Assembly: GCA_031370645.1 (NCBI GenBank)
Contig: JANMQV010000151.1
Location: 1 to 64,000, forward strand
Reading direction: 5' to 3'
DNA: 64,000 nucleotides
DNA from: Candidatus Eiseniibacteriota bacterium
GTDB lineage: Bacteria > Eisenbacteria > RBG-16-71-46 > SZUA-252
In this document: piece by piece, positions 40,596-50,358 of the stretch
Layout of the letters: each line of letters starts with the position of its first letter
Numbering within the stretch: position 1 is the first letter of the stretch
The notes under the pieces: model-generated
What the model saw: only the letters and a program-made list of their open reading frames with translations
Database searches by the model: none
Told to the model about the DNA's origin: nothing
Program-made: the position numbers and the translations under genes

Positions 40596-40602
40596 CCTCC
40601 CC

Positions 40603-41589
40603 GTGACGGTGGACGCCGCTCCGAGCCGCATCCACCTCTACCGTCCCCACAATCAGTTCGGCGATCTCCTCTTGAACGTGCCGGCCATCCGGGCCGTGCG
40701 CGAGCGCTTTCCCGCCGCGCACCTGACACTCGTCGTGGGAAGGCAGAATGCCGCCGCCGTCGTGGGGCAAGCGTGGGCCGACGAGGTCCGCGTCGTCGAC
40801 ACGAAGAACTTCATCGGCGTCGCGCGCGCGGCGCTTCGCCGCGGGCCGCGCCCCGACCTCGCGATCTCCTTCACGACCGTCTCCTACTCCCGAAGCGGAT
40901 CTCTCCTCGTCGCCCTCTCGGGCGCCCGCGAGCGGCTGGGGTTCAATGCGAGCCGCTGGAACGAGCGCGATGCCGCGCGGCTGACGCGCGTCGTTCCGTA
41001 TCCGGAAGGGACGCCGCATCAATCGGAAGTCTCGATGGCGCTCGCGCGCGCGGCCGGCGCGGAGCGGAAACCGCCGCCTCCCTATTTCGTCGCCGACGCC
41101 GCTTCCGTTGCGCTCGCGCCGGAGGGCGCCGTCTACCTTCACCCCGGCGCCGGGAAGTTGAAGAACCGCTGGCCGGCCGATCGCTTCGCCGCGCTGGCGC
41201 GGGAACTCCTTCATCGCGGCCGGGAAGTCTGGCTGCTCGAGGGGCCGCAGGACGGCGGCACGGTGGAGGCGGTGCAGGCGTCGCTCGGCCGGGCGCTTCC
41301 GGTGGTGCGGGGCGAATCGATCTCGCAACTGGCGGGGCGGTTCGCGCGTGCGTCGCTCTACATTGGAAACGACACCGGCCCGCTCCATCTCGCGGGCGCG
41401 GTCGGTGCTCCAACGGTCGGGATTTACGGCTGGAGCGATCCGCGCGAGTGGGCCCCTGTCGGGCGCCTGGTCCGCACGGTTCGCGCGGCCGATGCTTCGC
41501 TCGATTCGATCGATCCTGTGTCGGTGCTCGACGCCGCGCTCCCGCTTCTCGCCATGGAAGGAACGGAGGAACGATGCGCCACGAAGTGA
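40603..41589 (+). CDS. Glycosyltransferase family 9
   Basis: NQFGDLLL, HPGAG..NRW, GNDTGPLHLA. Confidence 0.88.
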   Translation: MTVDAAPSRIHLYRPHNQFGDLLLNVPAIRAVRERFPAAHLTLVVGRQNAAAVVGQAWADEVRVVDTKNFIGVARAALRRGPRPDLAISFTTVSYSRSGSLLVALSGARERLGFNASRWNERDAARLTRVVPYPEGTPHQSEVSMALARAAGAERKPPPPYFVADAASVALAPEGAVYLHPGAGKLKNRWPADRFAALARELLHRGREVWLLEGPQDGGTVEAVQASLGRALPVVRGESISQLAGRFARASLYIGNDTGPLHLAGAVGAPTVGIYGWSDPREWAPVGRLVRTVRAADASLDSIDPVSVLDAALPLLAMEGTEERCATK

Positions 41590-43595
41590 GAATCGCGGGA
41601 GCCCGGTTGGCCCGGTTGGGGGCGGGGTTCGCGCTGGCCGTTTGCTGCACCGGGGTCGCCATCGCGATTGCCATCACCATCACCATCACCGTCGTCCCGT
41701 CCGCGGATGCGGCCGCCCTGCTCACCCTGTCCGCGTCCTCCGAAGCGGCATTTCTCAAATCGGAAGGGAGCCGCGACACGACCGGCCTCGCCTCCCTCGC
41801 TCGGCATGACGCGAAGCCTGCGGTTCGGGCCCGCGCCGCTCGGGCTCTCGGGCACATCGGGAGCCGCGGAAGCCGCGCGCCTCTCGAGGCAGCGCTTCGC
41901 GATCCTTCCGCACTCGTTCGGCGGGAGGCGGCGTTCGCACTCGGCCTCGTCGCCGACTCCCTCGCCGCGCCGGCGGTCGTGGAGCGCCTGGCCCGCGAGC
42001 CCGACCCCGCCACGCGCGTCGCCCTCGTGACAACGCTCGGAAATCTCGGTGCGCGTTCGGGCGGCGGCGTCGGGAGGGTGCTCGCCTCATCGCTCCGTTC
42101 GCCGCGCGCACCGGAGCGATGGGCCGCCGCGTTCGCGGCCGCCCGGCTTCGCGACTCCTCGGTCGTCGAGCCGCTCACTCGCGCGACACGCGATCCACGC
42201 CCCGATCTCCGCTGGAGGGCGGCCTACGCTCTCGGGAAAATCGGCGATCGCCGTGGCGCGACGGCGCTTCGCACCCTCTCCTTCGACCGCGATCCCATGG
42301 TTCGGGCCATCGCGGCCCGCGCGATCGGGGAAGTGGGCGACTCGACCGCGACCGCACGGCTGGGGGCGCTCCTCCACGACGAGGCGTGGCGCGTGCGCGT
42401 GAACGCCGCGGCTTCGCTCGGCACGCTCAAGATCGCGCGCGAGTCGCGCACGCTCCTTCCGCATCTGGACGATCCGCATGCCCACGTCCGCTGGCAGGTG
42501 GCGATCTCGCTCGGAGCGCTCCGCGATTCGCTCGCCGTGCCGGCGCTTCTGAAAGCGCTCGGCGATTCCTCGACCGGCGTCGTTCAGGCGGCGGCCATCT
42601 CGCTCCTCAAGATCCAGGGCGATCGAGCCGTCCCGGCGATCGCGCCGGCGCTCGATTTGCTTCCGGCCTTCCTTCGCGGCGGTCTGGCCGAGGCGCTCGG
42701 CGACACGGAGGGACCGTCCGCCCGCGAGCTGATGCTCGCCCGCGCGGCACAGAGCGGAGATCCTTCGCAGTCGGCGGGAGCCGCATCGGCGCTCGCGAAG
42801 CGCCCGGAGGCGCGCGACGCATCGATTCCGGTGCTCCGTCCGCTCCTTCAAGATCGCGACTTCAGCGTCGTCTGTTCGGCCGCCGAGGCGCTCGGGACGC
42901 TTCGGGATTCAGCCTCGGTTCCCGCGCTCACGGCGCTCTTCGCGAGGCGCACAACACCGCAGGACGCCGACGTCCGCTCCTCCGCCGCCACAGCACTCGC
43001 CTCGCTCGCGACACGTGACGCGCTCGCTGCGCTCCGCGGTGCGCTCCACGATCCCGACCGGCGCGTCCGCGAGATCGCCGTCCACGCGCTCGAACTTCCG
43101 GCCGACTCGATCGTTTCTGGGGGCGCCCCGTCGCCGCCGCTCAAGACCCGCGCCACGCCGGCGACGGAGGGGCGGCGCTTGACCGCCGTCGTCACGACGG
43201 AGCGGGGCGCCATCACGATTGCGCTCGATCCCGCCGCGGCGCCCGAAAACGTGGAGAACTTCGCTTCGCTCGCGCGGGCCGGCTTCTTCGACGGGATTCA
43301 GTTTCACCGCGTCGTTCCGAACTTCGTGATTCAGGCGGGCTGTCCGCGCGGCGACGGCTGGGGCGGACCAGGGTACGCCATCCCCTGCGAGTACGACGAT
43401 CGTCCCTACGAAATCGGCACGGTTGGAATGGCGCTCTCGGGGAAGGACACGGGCGGGAGCCAGTGGTTCGTAACGCTCTCCCCGCAACCGCGGCTCGAAG
43501 GGCGCTACTCGATCCTCGGCAAGGTGACGCTGGGGCTCGACGTGGCGGAACGGATCATGCCGGGCGACCGGATCGTGAAGATCACGATCCGATAA
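41574..43595 (+). CDS. Exported HEAT-repeat protein with C-terminal cyclophilin-type PPIase
   Basis: ATG 41574 after GGAGG; signal peptide; many VR..AA.ALG repeats; FHRVVPNFVIQAG, GMALSGKDTGGSQWF. Confidence 0.9.
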   Translation: MRHEVRIAGARLARLGAGFALAVCCTGVAIAIAITITITVVPSADAAALLTLSASSEAAFLKSEGSRDTTGLASLARHDAKPAVRARAARALGHIGSRGSRAPLEAALRDPSALVRREAAFALGLVADSLAAPAVVERLAREPDPATRVALVTTLGNLGARSGGGVGRVLASSLRSPRAPERWAAAFAAARLRDSSVVEPLTRATRDPRPDLRWRAAYALGKIGDRRGATALRTLSFDRDPMVRAIAARAIGEVGDSTATARLGALLHDEAWRVRVNAAASLGTLKIARESRTLLPHLDDPHAHVRWQVAISLGALRDSLAVPALLKALGDSSTGVVQAAAISLLKIQGDRAVPAIAPALDLLPAFLRGGLAEALGDTEGPSARELMLARAAQSGDPSQSAGAASALAKRPEARDASIPVLRPLLQDRDFSVVCSAAEALGTLRDSASVPALTALFARRTTPQDADVRSSAATALASLATRDALAALRGALHDPDRRVREIAVHALELPADSIVSGGAPSPPLKTRATPATEGRRLTAVVTTERGAITIALDPAAAPENVENFASLARAGFFDGIQFHRVVPNFVIQAGCPRGDGWGGPGYAIPCEYDDRPYEIGTVGMALSGKDTGGSQWFVTLSPQPRLEGRYSILGKVTLGLDVAERIMPGDRIVKITIR

Positions 43596-43611
43596 GCGCG
43601 GCAGCGACCGC

Positions 43612-44496
43612 TCAGACGATCGCGACCACCAGCCGTTCGAGCATCGACTTGAGCGGTACCGCGGCACCGGCGACCGCTTTCGTGACGTCGTCGTGGGAGA
43701 GGGGCGTGGCGGAGCGACCCGCGGCCCAGTTCGTGACGCAGGAGATGGCGACGCAGGGAAGCCCGAGCGTCGTAGCCTCCGCGGCTTCGGCACCGGTCGA
43801 CATGCAGACCACGTCGGCGCCGAGCCGTTCCAACATGTCGATCTCCGCGGGCGTTTCGTAGGAGGGTCCGAGCATCACGCCGAGGACGCCCCGTTCGAGT
43901 CGCACGCCCGCCACGCCCGCCGCGCGCGACGCTTTCCCTTTCAGATCGGCATCGTAGACGGGGCGATGCGTCAGTCCGCGGCCGAGACCCGCTGCGCTCT
44001 CTTCCGATTCCGGCGCGAACGCCCCCACGCCTCGAAGGGGCGATCGCCACTGCAGATTCACCTGATCCTCGATCAGGACGAGGGCCCCGGGCGACATGCA
44101 GGGAGCGATCCCTCCCGCGGCGTTCGTGAGGACGAGCCCCTTGGCGCCGAGCGCGGCCAAAAGCCGCGTCATTCGCGTGACGACCTCCGGTTCGTACCCC
44201 TCGTAGAGATGCAAGCGCCCTTGCGCGATCGCGACCGCGCGTCCCGCCCACCTTCCAAGAAGCAGCCGCCCCGCGTGACCCGCCACCGAGGATCGGGGCA
44301 TTCCCGGAATATCGCCGTAGGGGATCGCCGCCTCCCAGGCCGTTCCTTCCGCGAGCACGCCGAGACCGCTCCCGAGGACCAGCGCCGCGCGCGGCACGAG
44401 CGGAGTGCGGCGGCGGACGACGGCGAGCGCTTCGTCGAGCGGAAAGGGAAGACTTGCGGGATCGGCGGTGAGCGACGGTTGGCGACGCGTCGACAT
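43612..44496 (-). CDS. punA: Purine-nucleoside phosphorylase (trimeric class)
   Basis: VLGSGLG, GHAG, GRLHLYEG, TNAAGG, GPSYETPAE, MST, VTN. Confidence 0.92.
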   Translation of the reverse strand: MSTRRQPSLTADPASLPFPLDEALAVVRRRTPLVPRAALVLGSGLGVLAEGTAWEAAIPYGDIPGMPRSSVAGHAGRLLLGRWAGRAVAIAQGRLHLYEGYEPEVVTRMTRLLAALGAKGLVLTNAAGGIAPCMSPGALVLIEDQVNLQWRSPLRGVGAFAPESEESAAGLGRGLTHRPVYDADLKGKASRAAGVAGVRLERGVLGVMLGPSYETPAEIDMLERLGADVVCMSTGAEAAEATTLGLPCVAISCVTNWAAGRSATPLSHDDVTKAVAGAAVPLKSMLERLVVAIV

Positions 44497-44504
44497 CGGG
44501 CCCC

Positions 44505-45389
44505 TCACAGCGTGTCGGGGTCGAGCCGCGACTGCCGCGTGGCGGTGATGCGGAGCGCCCGGCGCGACAGGAAGATCAGATAGACGAGCGCCAGGAGAAA
44601 AGGCGCGATCTCAAACGAAACCGCGGCGGGGCCGGAAACGCCGGCGTAGGGCCGAAGAGTACGCAGGAGCGCGATGCCCGCTGCAAGCAGGAGCGAGGGC
44701 GCGAACGCCCACCGCCCGGCGACCGCGCACGCGAGCGCCAGGAGCCCGATCGCCACCGGGGGCGAGGGCCCAGACTGCCGGAGGAGAAGGGCCGCCCCGG
44801 GAACGACGAAGAGCGATCCGGCGGCGATTCCGAGGAGCCGCGTTCGGACGGCGCTCGCGCCCGGCACGCGAAGGCTCGGCGTTTCGCCGAAGGCGCGAAG
44901 ACGAAGTCCGAACGGAGTCCGCCAGTAGATCCACGACGCGAGCGCGACCAAAAAGGGCGCCGCCACGAGCCAGGGGCTCCCGATCAGATCCTCCGCGTAG
45001 GTCCCGTCGAAAATGGTTCCGCGAATGAGTCCCGGCGCCGGCTGCTCGGTGAGGAGCGCGTGCGTGCCGCTCCGCGTGAGAAGTCCGAGACCGCAGGCGG
45101 CGACGAGGCTCGCCGCGAAGGCGCCGATGGCGCGGTCGGTTCGAAGGAGTTGGAGCATGGTCCCGGTCGCGAGCGCGAAGAGCACGGCCGCCCCGGCGGC
45201 GATACCGGAAGCCGCGGCGTAGGAAGCGGTGGCGTCGTAGCCGGCGATGAAGCCGATCATCGCCGCGGCGATGCTCCCCTCCACGCCGAGTCCCGTGAAG
45301 CCGGCGCGCTCCCAGTAGAGGCAGGCGACGACGAAGAGCGCGAGCGCCCCCCACTCGATCGGGAAGCGGAGGAGCGGAATCCAGTTCAT
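44505..45389 (-). CDS. Divergent nucleoside/sugar ABC-transporter permease (BPD_transp_2)
   Basis: ERAG..GLGVEG, YWRTPFGLRLRAFGE.P, LALACAVAGRW. Confidence 0.75.
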   Translation of the reverse strand: MNWIPLLRFPIEWGALALFVVACLYWERAGFTGLGVEGSIAAAMIGFIAGYDATASYAAASGIAAGAAVLFALATGTMLQLLRTDRAIGAFAASLVAACGLGLLTRSGTHALLTEQPAPGLIRGTIFDGTYAEDLIGSPWLVAAPFLVALASWIYWRTPFGLRLRAFGETPSLRVPGASAVRTRLLGIAAGSLFVVPGAALLLRQSGPSPPVAIGLLALACAVAGRWAFAPSLLLAAGIALLRTLRPYAGVSGPAAVSFEIAPFLLALVYLIFLSRRALRITATRQSRLDPDTL

Positions 45390-45400
45390 GCGCGTGGGGC

Positions 45401-46036
45401 TCAGCGCTTCTCGGCGAGTAGCGCCCGGATCTTGGTCTTCAGGAGGTCGATGGCGACCACGTTATAGCCGCCCTCCGGAATGACGAGGTCGGCATAACGC
45501 TTGGAGGGCTCCACGAATTGAAGATGCATGGGGCGCACGCTCGACTCGTATTGGCGAATGATCGAGTCGAGGGTGCGCCCCCGCTCGGTCAGGTCGCGCT
45601 TCAAGCGGCGGATGAAGCGTATGTCGGGGTCGGCGTCGACGTAGAGCTTGATGTCCATCAGCTGGCGGATCGCCGGATCCTCGAGGATCAGGAGTCCGTC
45701 GAGAATGATGATCGGGCGAGCCTTCACGCGGACCGGCTCGGGGAGCCGCGTGTGGGTGCGCATGTCGTAAACCGGCATCGCGATTTCGCCGCCGTTCAGG
45801 AGCGTCTCGATGTGCTGGCGCAAGAGTTCGCGGTCGAAGGCGTCGGGATGGTCGAAGTTGTGATTCTCGCGCTCTCCGAGCGGGATGCTCTGGAGATCGC
45901 GGTAGTAGGAGTCCTGCTCGATCAGGAGGACCTTGTCCTGCCCCAGGTCCTGCGCGATCGACTGCGCCACGAGCGTTTTCCCCGCCCCGGTTCCCCCCGC
46001 GATCCCGATCAGGATCCCGCGCCCGCGCGCCGGCAT
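45401..46036 (-). CDS. udk: Uridine kinase
   Basis: IGIAGGTGAGKT, QDSYY, NFDHPDAFD, RDLTERGR, VRPMHLQFVEPSKRYAD. Confidence 0.97.
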   Translation of the reverse strand: MPARGRGILIGIAGGTGAGKTLVAQSIAQDLGQDKVLLIEQDSYYRDLQSIPLGERENHNFDHPDAFDRELLRQHIETLLNGGEIAMPVYDMRTHTRLPEPVRVKARPIIILDGLLILEDPAIRQLMDIKLYVDADPDIRFIRRLKRDLTERGRTLDSIIRQYESSVRPMHLQFVEPSKRYADLVIPEGGYNVVAIDLLKTKIRALLAEKR

Positions 46037-46038
46037 CG

Positions 46039-46587
46039 CTACGCCACCTCTTCGTGACGGCCTTCCGCCTCGATCTCGGCGGGGCTCAGCGCGGCGATGT
46101 AGGGGAGGTGGCGGAAGCGTTAGGCGAAATCGAGTCCGTAGCCCACGAGGAAACGGTCGGGAACCTGGAATCCGACGTAGTCGAGCGGCACCTCGCGCTC
46201 GCGACGGTCCGTCTTGTCGAGCAGCGTCGCGATGCGAAGCGACCGCGGCGATCGCCCGAGAAGCGTTTCCCGGAGGAAATGGAGCGTGTGCCCGCTATCG
46301 ACGATGTCCTCCACGAGGATCACATCGCGTCCGGCGATGTCCCGCTCGAGGTCTTTCACGAGGCGTGGGTCGCGGCTCGATTGGGCGGCGGTGCCGTAGG
46401 AAGAGACGCTCACGAAATCGAGTTCATGCGGAATGGCGATGGCCTGCATCAGGTCGGAGATGAAACAGATGCAGCCGTTCAGCACTCCGACGAGGAGCGG
46501 GGTGCTGTCGGGATAGTCGCGGGCGATCTGATTTCCAAGCTCGCAGACGCGGCGCCGGATATCCGCCGATGCGATCAGGACTTCCAT
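46039..46587 (-). pseudogene. hpt: Hypoxanthine phosphoribosyltransferase interrupted by an in-frame TAA at 46122-46120
   Basis: VGVLNG, VSSYG, VEDIVDSGHT, FLVGYGLDFA* then RFRHLPYIAAL…EEVA* continues in frame to TAG at 46041-46039. Confidence 0.88.
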
Positions 46588-46621
46588 GAGGCGTGGCACC
46601 TCCCGAGGGGTCGTTTCGCGC

Positions 46622-46650
46622 ACTCTAGCACCCCCCCCGGGGGGTGTCAA
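46622..46650 (-). promoter_or_regulatory. sigma70-type promoter TTGACA-N17-TAGAGT with C6G8 homopolymer spacer, for hpt-udk-permease-punA
   Basis: Minus strand reads TTGACA CCCCCCGGGGGGGGTGC TAGAGT. Confidence 0.75.
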
Positions 46651-46731
46651 ATCAGGCGCAAGTTCCAGGCGCATAGGCCGATATATGCCGAGACGATTGG
46701 CACGTGACAGACATGCCGGGAGGGGACGATC

Positions 46732-47124
46732 GTGGCGGCGACGACAACGGTTGCAGAGCGGCGGGGTGTGAAGCGGCGGCGGACCGATCGCCGGGCGGCG
46801 GGCCGGCTGGAACGGCGGATGTATTTTCTGCTCTGGGGGGTCGGGATCCTCAACTACGCCGACGCCGCGCAGACCATCTACCTCCTGAACGTGAAATTCA
46901 TGGTCGAGGCGAACCGCTTCATGGCGTTTCTCCTCGACCATTCGCCGTACGTCTTCTGGATGTACAAGACGCTCGTGCCGACGCTCGGCTGCGTCCTCCT
47001 CTGGCGCTTCCGCAACAAGGTGAAGTGGCTCCCCGGCGCCGTCATCACGGTCTTCGCCGTCTACCTGACGGTCGTGATCCGGAGCTTCCTCTACATGCTC
47101 CTCCCCACCGTTCCACCGGCCTAA
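46732..47124 (+). CDS. Small membrane protein, DUF5658-like
   Basis: GGAGGGG RBS; Arg-rich N-term, LNYADAAQT…EANRFM, three TMs. Confidence 0.65.
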   Translation: MAATTTVAERRGVKRRRTDRRAAGRLERRMYFLLWGVGILNYADAAQTIYLLNVKFMVEANRFMAFLLDHSPYVFWMYKTLVPTLGCVLLWRFRNKVKWLPGAVITVFAVYLTVVIRSFLYMLLPTVPPA

Positions 47125-47136
47125 GGGATTCGGAAC

Positions 47137-47961
47137 ATGGGCGAGCACTATCTCAGGCTGGCGTCGATCGGGGGCGAAGGGGGCGCGCCGCCTCCGGCGG
47201 GCCCCGCCACGCGCGAGGACGTCGGATACTTCTTCATCAATTCGTTCCTCCTCTCGCGCATCGATTCCGACATGCCGTCTGACTTGAAGGAATACGACGA
47301 GGACGTGAACGTCTACACGGCCTCGCTCTTGGCCGGCATCGTGACGGGGCGCGAGGATCTCCTCCGCGCCGACCTCGTGTCGCCGCGGGACACGGATGTC
47401 TTCGCCCGCGTGCAGGAGAGCAAGGACCGCCGCTATCGCTACCAGGTCTACAAGGCGAACGCCGATTTCATCTACGTCTCGCTCGGCATCTTCAGCGGCG
47501 GCGCGGCGCCACGCGGCCCCGTGGCGGAGGACCTGGAAGAGCGCGAGCAGCACCAGACCGGCCGCGGGAAGTCGTACTACCACTTCGCCGCCGCGTACGC
47601 GGAACGGCTCTACGGAAGCCGCGCCGGCGTGGCCGAGGTCATGGACAAGCTGTCGCGGAATTTCGAGTGCTACACGAAGGTGATGGCGTGGATGAGCGGC
47701 GAATATCTTCACCTCCTTCGGCGGATCAGCGACGGCGAGGTCTACCACCTGAACCGCGACGCGCAGAGCCGCTTCGAAGTCGCGCACAAGACGCACATCT
47801 GGGACGAACTCCTCGACTCGTATGTGACGTGGCAGAAGACGCACGCCGCCGAGGCGCGCCGTCGCCTCCACCGCGCCGCGCGCGAGCTGCGAAAGATCGA
47901 TCCCGACTTCTCGTTCCGCGCGTTCCGCGAGCGCTGGAACGACCGCCGACCCTCCGTTTGA
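47137..47961 (+). CDS. Hypothetical cytoplasmic alpha-helical protein
   Basis: Coding-like composition; Tyr-rich motifs YQVYKANADF..SLGIF and GRGKSYYHFAA. Confidence 0.75.
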   Translation: MGEHYLRLASIGGEGGAPPPAGPATREDVGYFFINSFLLSRIDSDMPSDLKEYDEDVNVYTASLLAGIVTGREDLLRADLVSPRDTDVFARVQESKDRRYRYQVYKANADFIYVSLGIFSGGAAPRGPVAEDLEEREQHQTGRGKSYYHFAAAYAERLYGSRAGVAEVMDKLSRNFECYTKVMAWMSGEYLHLLRRISDGEVYHLNRDAQSRFEVAHKTHIWDELLDSYVTWQKTHAAEARRRLHRAARELRKIDPDFSFRAFRERWNDRRPSV

Positions 47962-47987
47962 CGGGCCGGCGGCCGCTGCCGTAGGCT
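47958..47987 (+). promoter_or_regulatory. sigma70-type promoter TTGACG-N18-TAGGCT for hom
   Basis: -35 contains the upstream TGA stop; -10 ends 8 nt before ATG 47996. Confidence 0.55.
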
Positions 47988-47995
47988 CCGGGCTC

Positions 47996-49300
47996 ATGTC
48001 TTCCACTCCGGTTCGCGTCGGACTTCTCGGTTGTGGTGTCGTGGGGAGCGGTCTCCTGGGTCTTCTGGGAGCGCGCGAGCGCGCCGTCGCAGAGGCGGCC
48101 GGAGGGCCGATCCGCGTCACGCGAATCGCCGTGCGCGAGCCGGGGAAGCGCCGCGAACTCGATTTGCGCGGGATTTCCCTCGGTGACGATTCGATGGCGG
48201 TGGTGAACGCCGACGACGTCGACGTGATCGTGGAGTTGATGGGCGGGCTCGACCCGGCGTATCCCGCCGTTCGCCGCGCGCTCGAGCGCGGACTCCCCGT
48301 CATCACCGCGAACAAGCACCTGATCTCGGTACACGGCCCGGAACTCGAAGTGCTCGCGGCGAAGAGCGGCAGCGTGCTTCGTCACGAGGCCTCGGTGGCC
48401 GGGGTGATTCCGGTGCTCCAGTCGCTCGACCAGGGTCTCCGCACGGAGCGCTTCTCGCTTCTCGTCGGCATTCTGAACGGCACGACGAATTTCATTCTCT
48501 CCACGATGGAGCGGGAAGGGCGCGATTTCTCCGAGGCGCTCGAGGCGGCGCGCGCGCTCGGGTTCGCCGAGGCCGATCCCTCGCTCGATCTCTCCGGCGC
48601 CGACACGGCCCAGAAACTGACGCTTCTCGCGCGCCGCGCCTTTCGCACCGACGTTCCCCACAACTCCATTCCGACCGAAGGGATCGTCGGCATGGAGTTG
48701 GAGGATCTCCGGCAGGCCGAGCGTTTCGGCTACGTGGTGAAACTCCTCGGCATCGGCCAACGGACGACGGAGGGGCTCGATCTTCGCGTCCACCCGGCCT
48801 TCATTCCGCGCCGCTACCTCCTGGCGTCGGTCCGGGACGAATTCAACGGCGTCTATCTCCGGGGCGAAGCGTCGGGCTCCATGCTTCTCTACGGAAAGGG
48901 CGCGGGAGCGCTTCCGACCGCGCAGGCGGTCCTCGGCGACCTGATCTCGATCGTCCGCGAGAAGCGCCTTCGCGGGAGCGCGGCCCCGGCGCCTCAGCCG
49001 CCGCCGCCGGTGCCCGATCCCGAAGCGAGGCTCTCCCTCGACGACGTCCGGACGAAGTACTACGTCCGCCTTCTGGTGGACGACAAGCCGGGCGTGCTCG
49101 CCCAGATCTCGCAGCGGCTCGGCGGCGCGCGGGTGAGCGTGGCGCAGATGTTCCAGGAACCGGGCACGCGCGGGGAGGCGTCGATCACGCTGCTCACGCA
49201 CGAGGCGCGCGATCGGGACCTGCGCGACGCGGTCGCGGCGATCGGCTCCCTCGCCACCGTCCGACACACGCCGCGCGCCATCCGGATCTTCGACCGATGA
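47996..49300 (+). CDS. hom: Homoserine dehydrogenase with C-terminal ACT domain
   Basis: [43 protein letters not shown]. Confidence 0.96.
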   Translation: MSSTPVRVGLLGCGVVGSGLLGLLGARERAVAEAAGGPIRVTRIAVREPGKRRELDLRGISLGDDSMAVVNADDVDVIVELMGGLDPAYPAVRRALERGLPVITANKHLISVHGPELEVLAAKSGSVLRHEASVAGVIPVLQSLDQGLRTERFSLLVGILNGTTNFILSTMEREGRDFSEALEAARALGFAEADPSLDLSGADTAQKLTLLARRAFRTDVPHNSIPTEGIVGMELEDLRQAERFGYVVKLLGIGQRTTEGLDLRVHPAFIPRRYLLASVRDEFNGVYLRGEASGSMLLYGKGAGALPTAQAVLGDLISIVREKRLRGSAAPAPQPPPPVPDPEARLSLDDVRTKYYVRLLVDDKPGVLAQISQRLGGARVSVAQMFQEPGTRGEASITLLTHEARDRDLRDAVAAIGSLATVRHTPRAIRIFDR

Positions 49301-50358
49301 CGCCGCTTCCCTGGCGCGGGATCTGCCGCGAATTTCGCGAAATCCTTCCGCCGATTCCCGACGTCGCGGTCGTGACGCTGCTCGAAGGGAACACGCCGCT
49401 CGTGCCGGCGCCGCGGCTGGCCGCGCGCATCGCCCCCGGGTTCTCTCTCTATCTCAAAGTGGAAGGGGCGAACCCCACCGGCTCCTTCAAGGACCGCGGC
49501 ATGACCGTGGCGGTCTCCCGCGCCGTCGCCGCCGGAGCGAAGGCGGTGATCTGCGCGTCGACCGGAAATACCTCGGCCTCCGCTGCGGCGTACGCGGGGC
49601 GGGCTGGGCTTCGCTGCGCGGTGGTCATTCCGGACGGGCAGATCGCGCTCGGCAAACTGGCGCAGGCGATGGTGCACGGCGCCAAGGTCGTCGCGGTGCG
49701 GGGGAATTTCGACCGGGCGCTCGAACTCGTCCGCCTCCTGGCCGAGGATGGGACGGCGGTCGTGGTCAATTCCATCAATCCCGATCGGATCGAAGGGCAG
49801 AAGACGATCGCCTGGGAGATCGCCGCGGCCCTCGGGCGCGTCCCCGAACTCCACGCGCTCCCCGTGGGGAACGCCGGAAACATCACGGCGGCGTGGAAGG
49901 GATGGACGGAACGCGACGCCCGCGACGGGGGCGGGCGTCCGCGCATGCTCGGCTTCCAGGCGGAGGGGGCGGCGCCGATCGTGCGCGGCGAGAAGATCGC
50001 CGATCCGAAGACGATCGCCACCGCCATCAAGATCGGAAACCCCGCCTCGTGGAAGGGAGCCACCGACGCGCGCGACGAATCGGGCGGCGCGATCGAATCC
50101 GTGACGGACGAGGAGATCCTCGACGCCTACCGTCTCCTCGCCTCCATCGAGGGCGTCTTCGTCGAACCCGCGTCGGCGGCGGGAATCGCGGGACTCCTGA
50201 AGCTTGGCGCGCGCGGGGCGCTAAACGGCCGGATCACCGCGGTCTGCACCGTCACGGGACACGGGCTCAAGGACCCGGAGCGCGCCGTGAAGGTCTCCGG
50301 CGGGTTCGAAACGGTCGATGCCGAACCGGACATGCTTCGCCGGGCCATTCTCGCGTGA
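49297..50358 (+). CDS. thrC: Threonine synthase
   Basis: [39 protein letters not shown]. Confidence 0.97.
   Translation: MTPLPWRGICREFREILPPIPDVAVVTLLEGNTPLVPAPRLAARIAPGFSLYLKVEGANPTGSFKDRGMTVAVSRAVAAGAKAVICASTGNTSASAAAYAGRAGLRCAVVIPDGQIALGKLAQAMVHGAKVVAVRGNFDRALELVRLLAEDGTAVVVNSINPDRIEGQKTIAWEIAAALGRVPELHALPVGNAGNITAAWKGWTERDARDGGGRPRMLGFQAEGAAPIVRGEKIADPKTIATAIKIGNPASWKGATDARDESGGAIESVTDEEILDAYRLLASIEGVFVEPASAAGIAGLLKLGARGALNGRITAVCTVTGHGLKDPERAVKVSGGFETVDAEPDMLRRAILA

Noticed and set aside
40773-41573. N-terminal 267 aa of the 940-aa ORF
   Set aside because: Overlaps GT9 in another frame; the real start is ATG 41574 with GGAGG and a signal peptide
46120-46122. Stop-codon reassignment or selenocysteine/pyrrolysine explanation for the hpt stop
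   Set aside because: The codon is TAA, not TGA or TAG, and TAA terminates other genes normally in this window
46120-48315. 731-aa minus-strand ORF
   Set aside because: Only its last ~155 aa are Hpt; the rest is antisense to two plus-strand genes and hom, and a promoter and RBS lie just upstream of 46587
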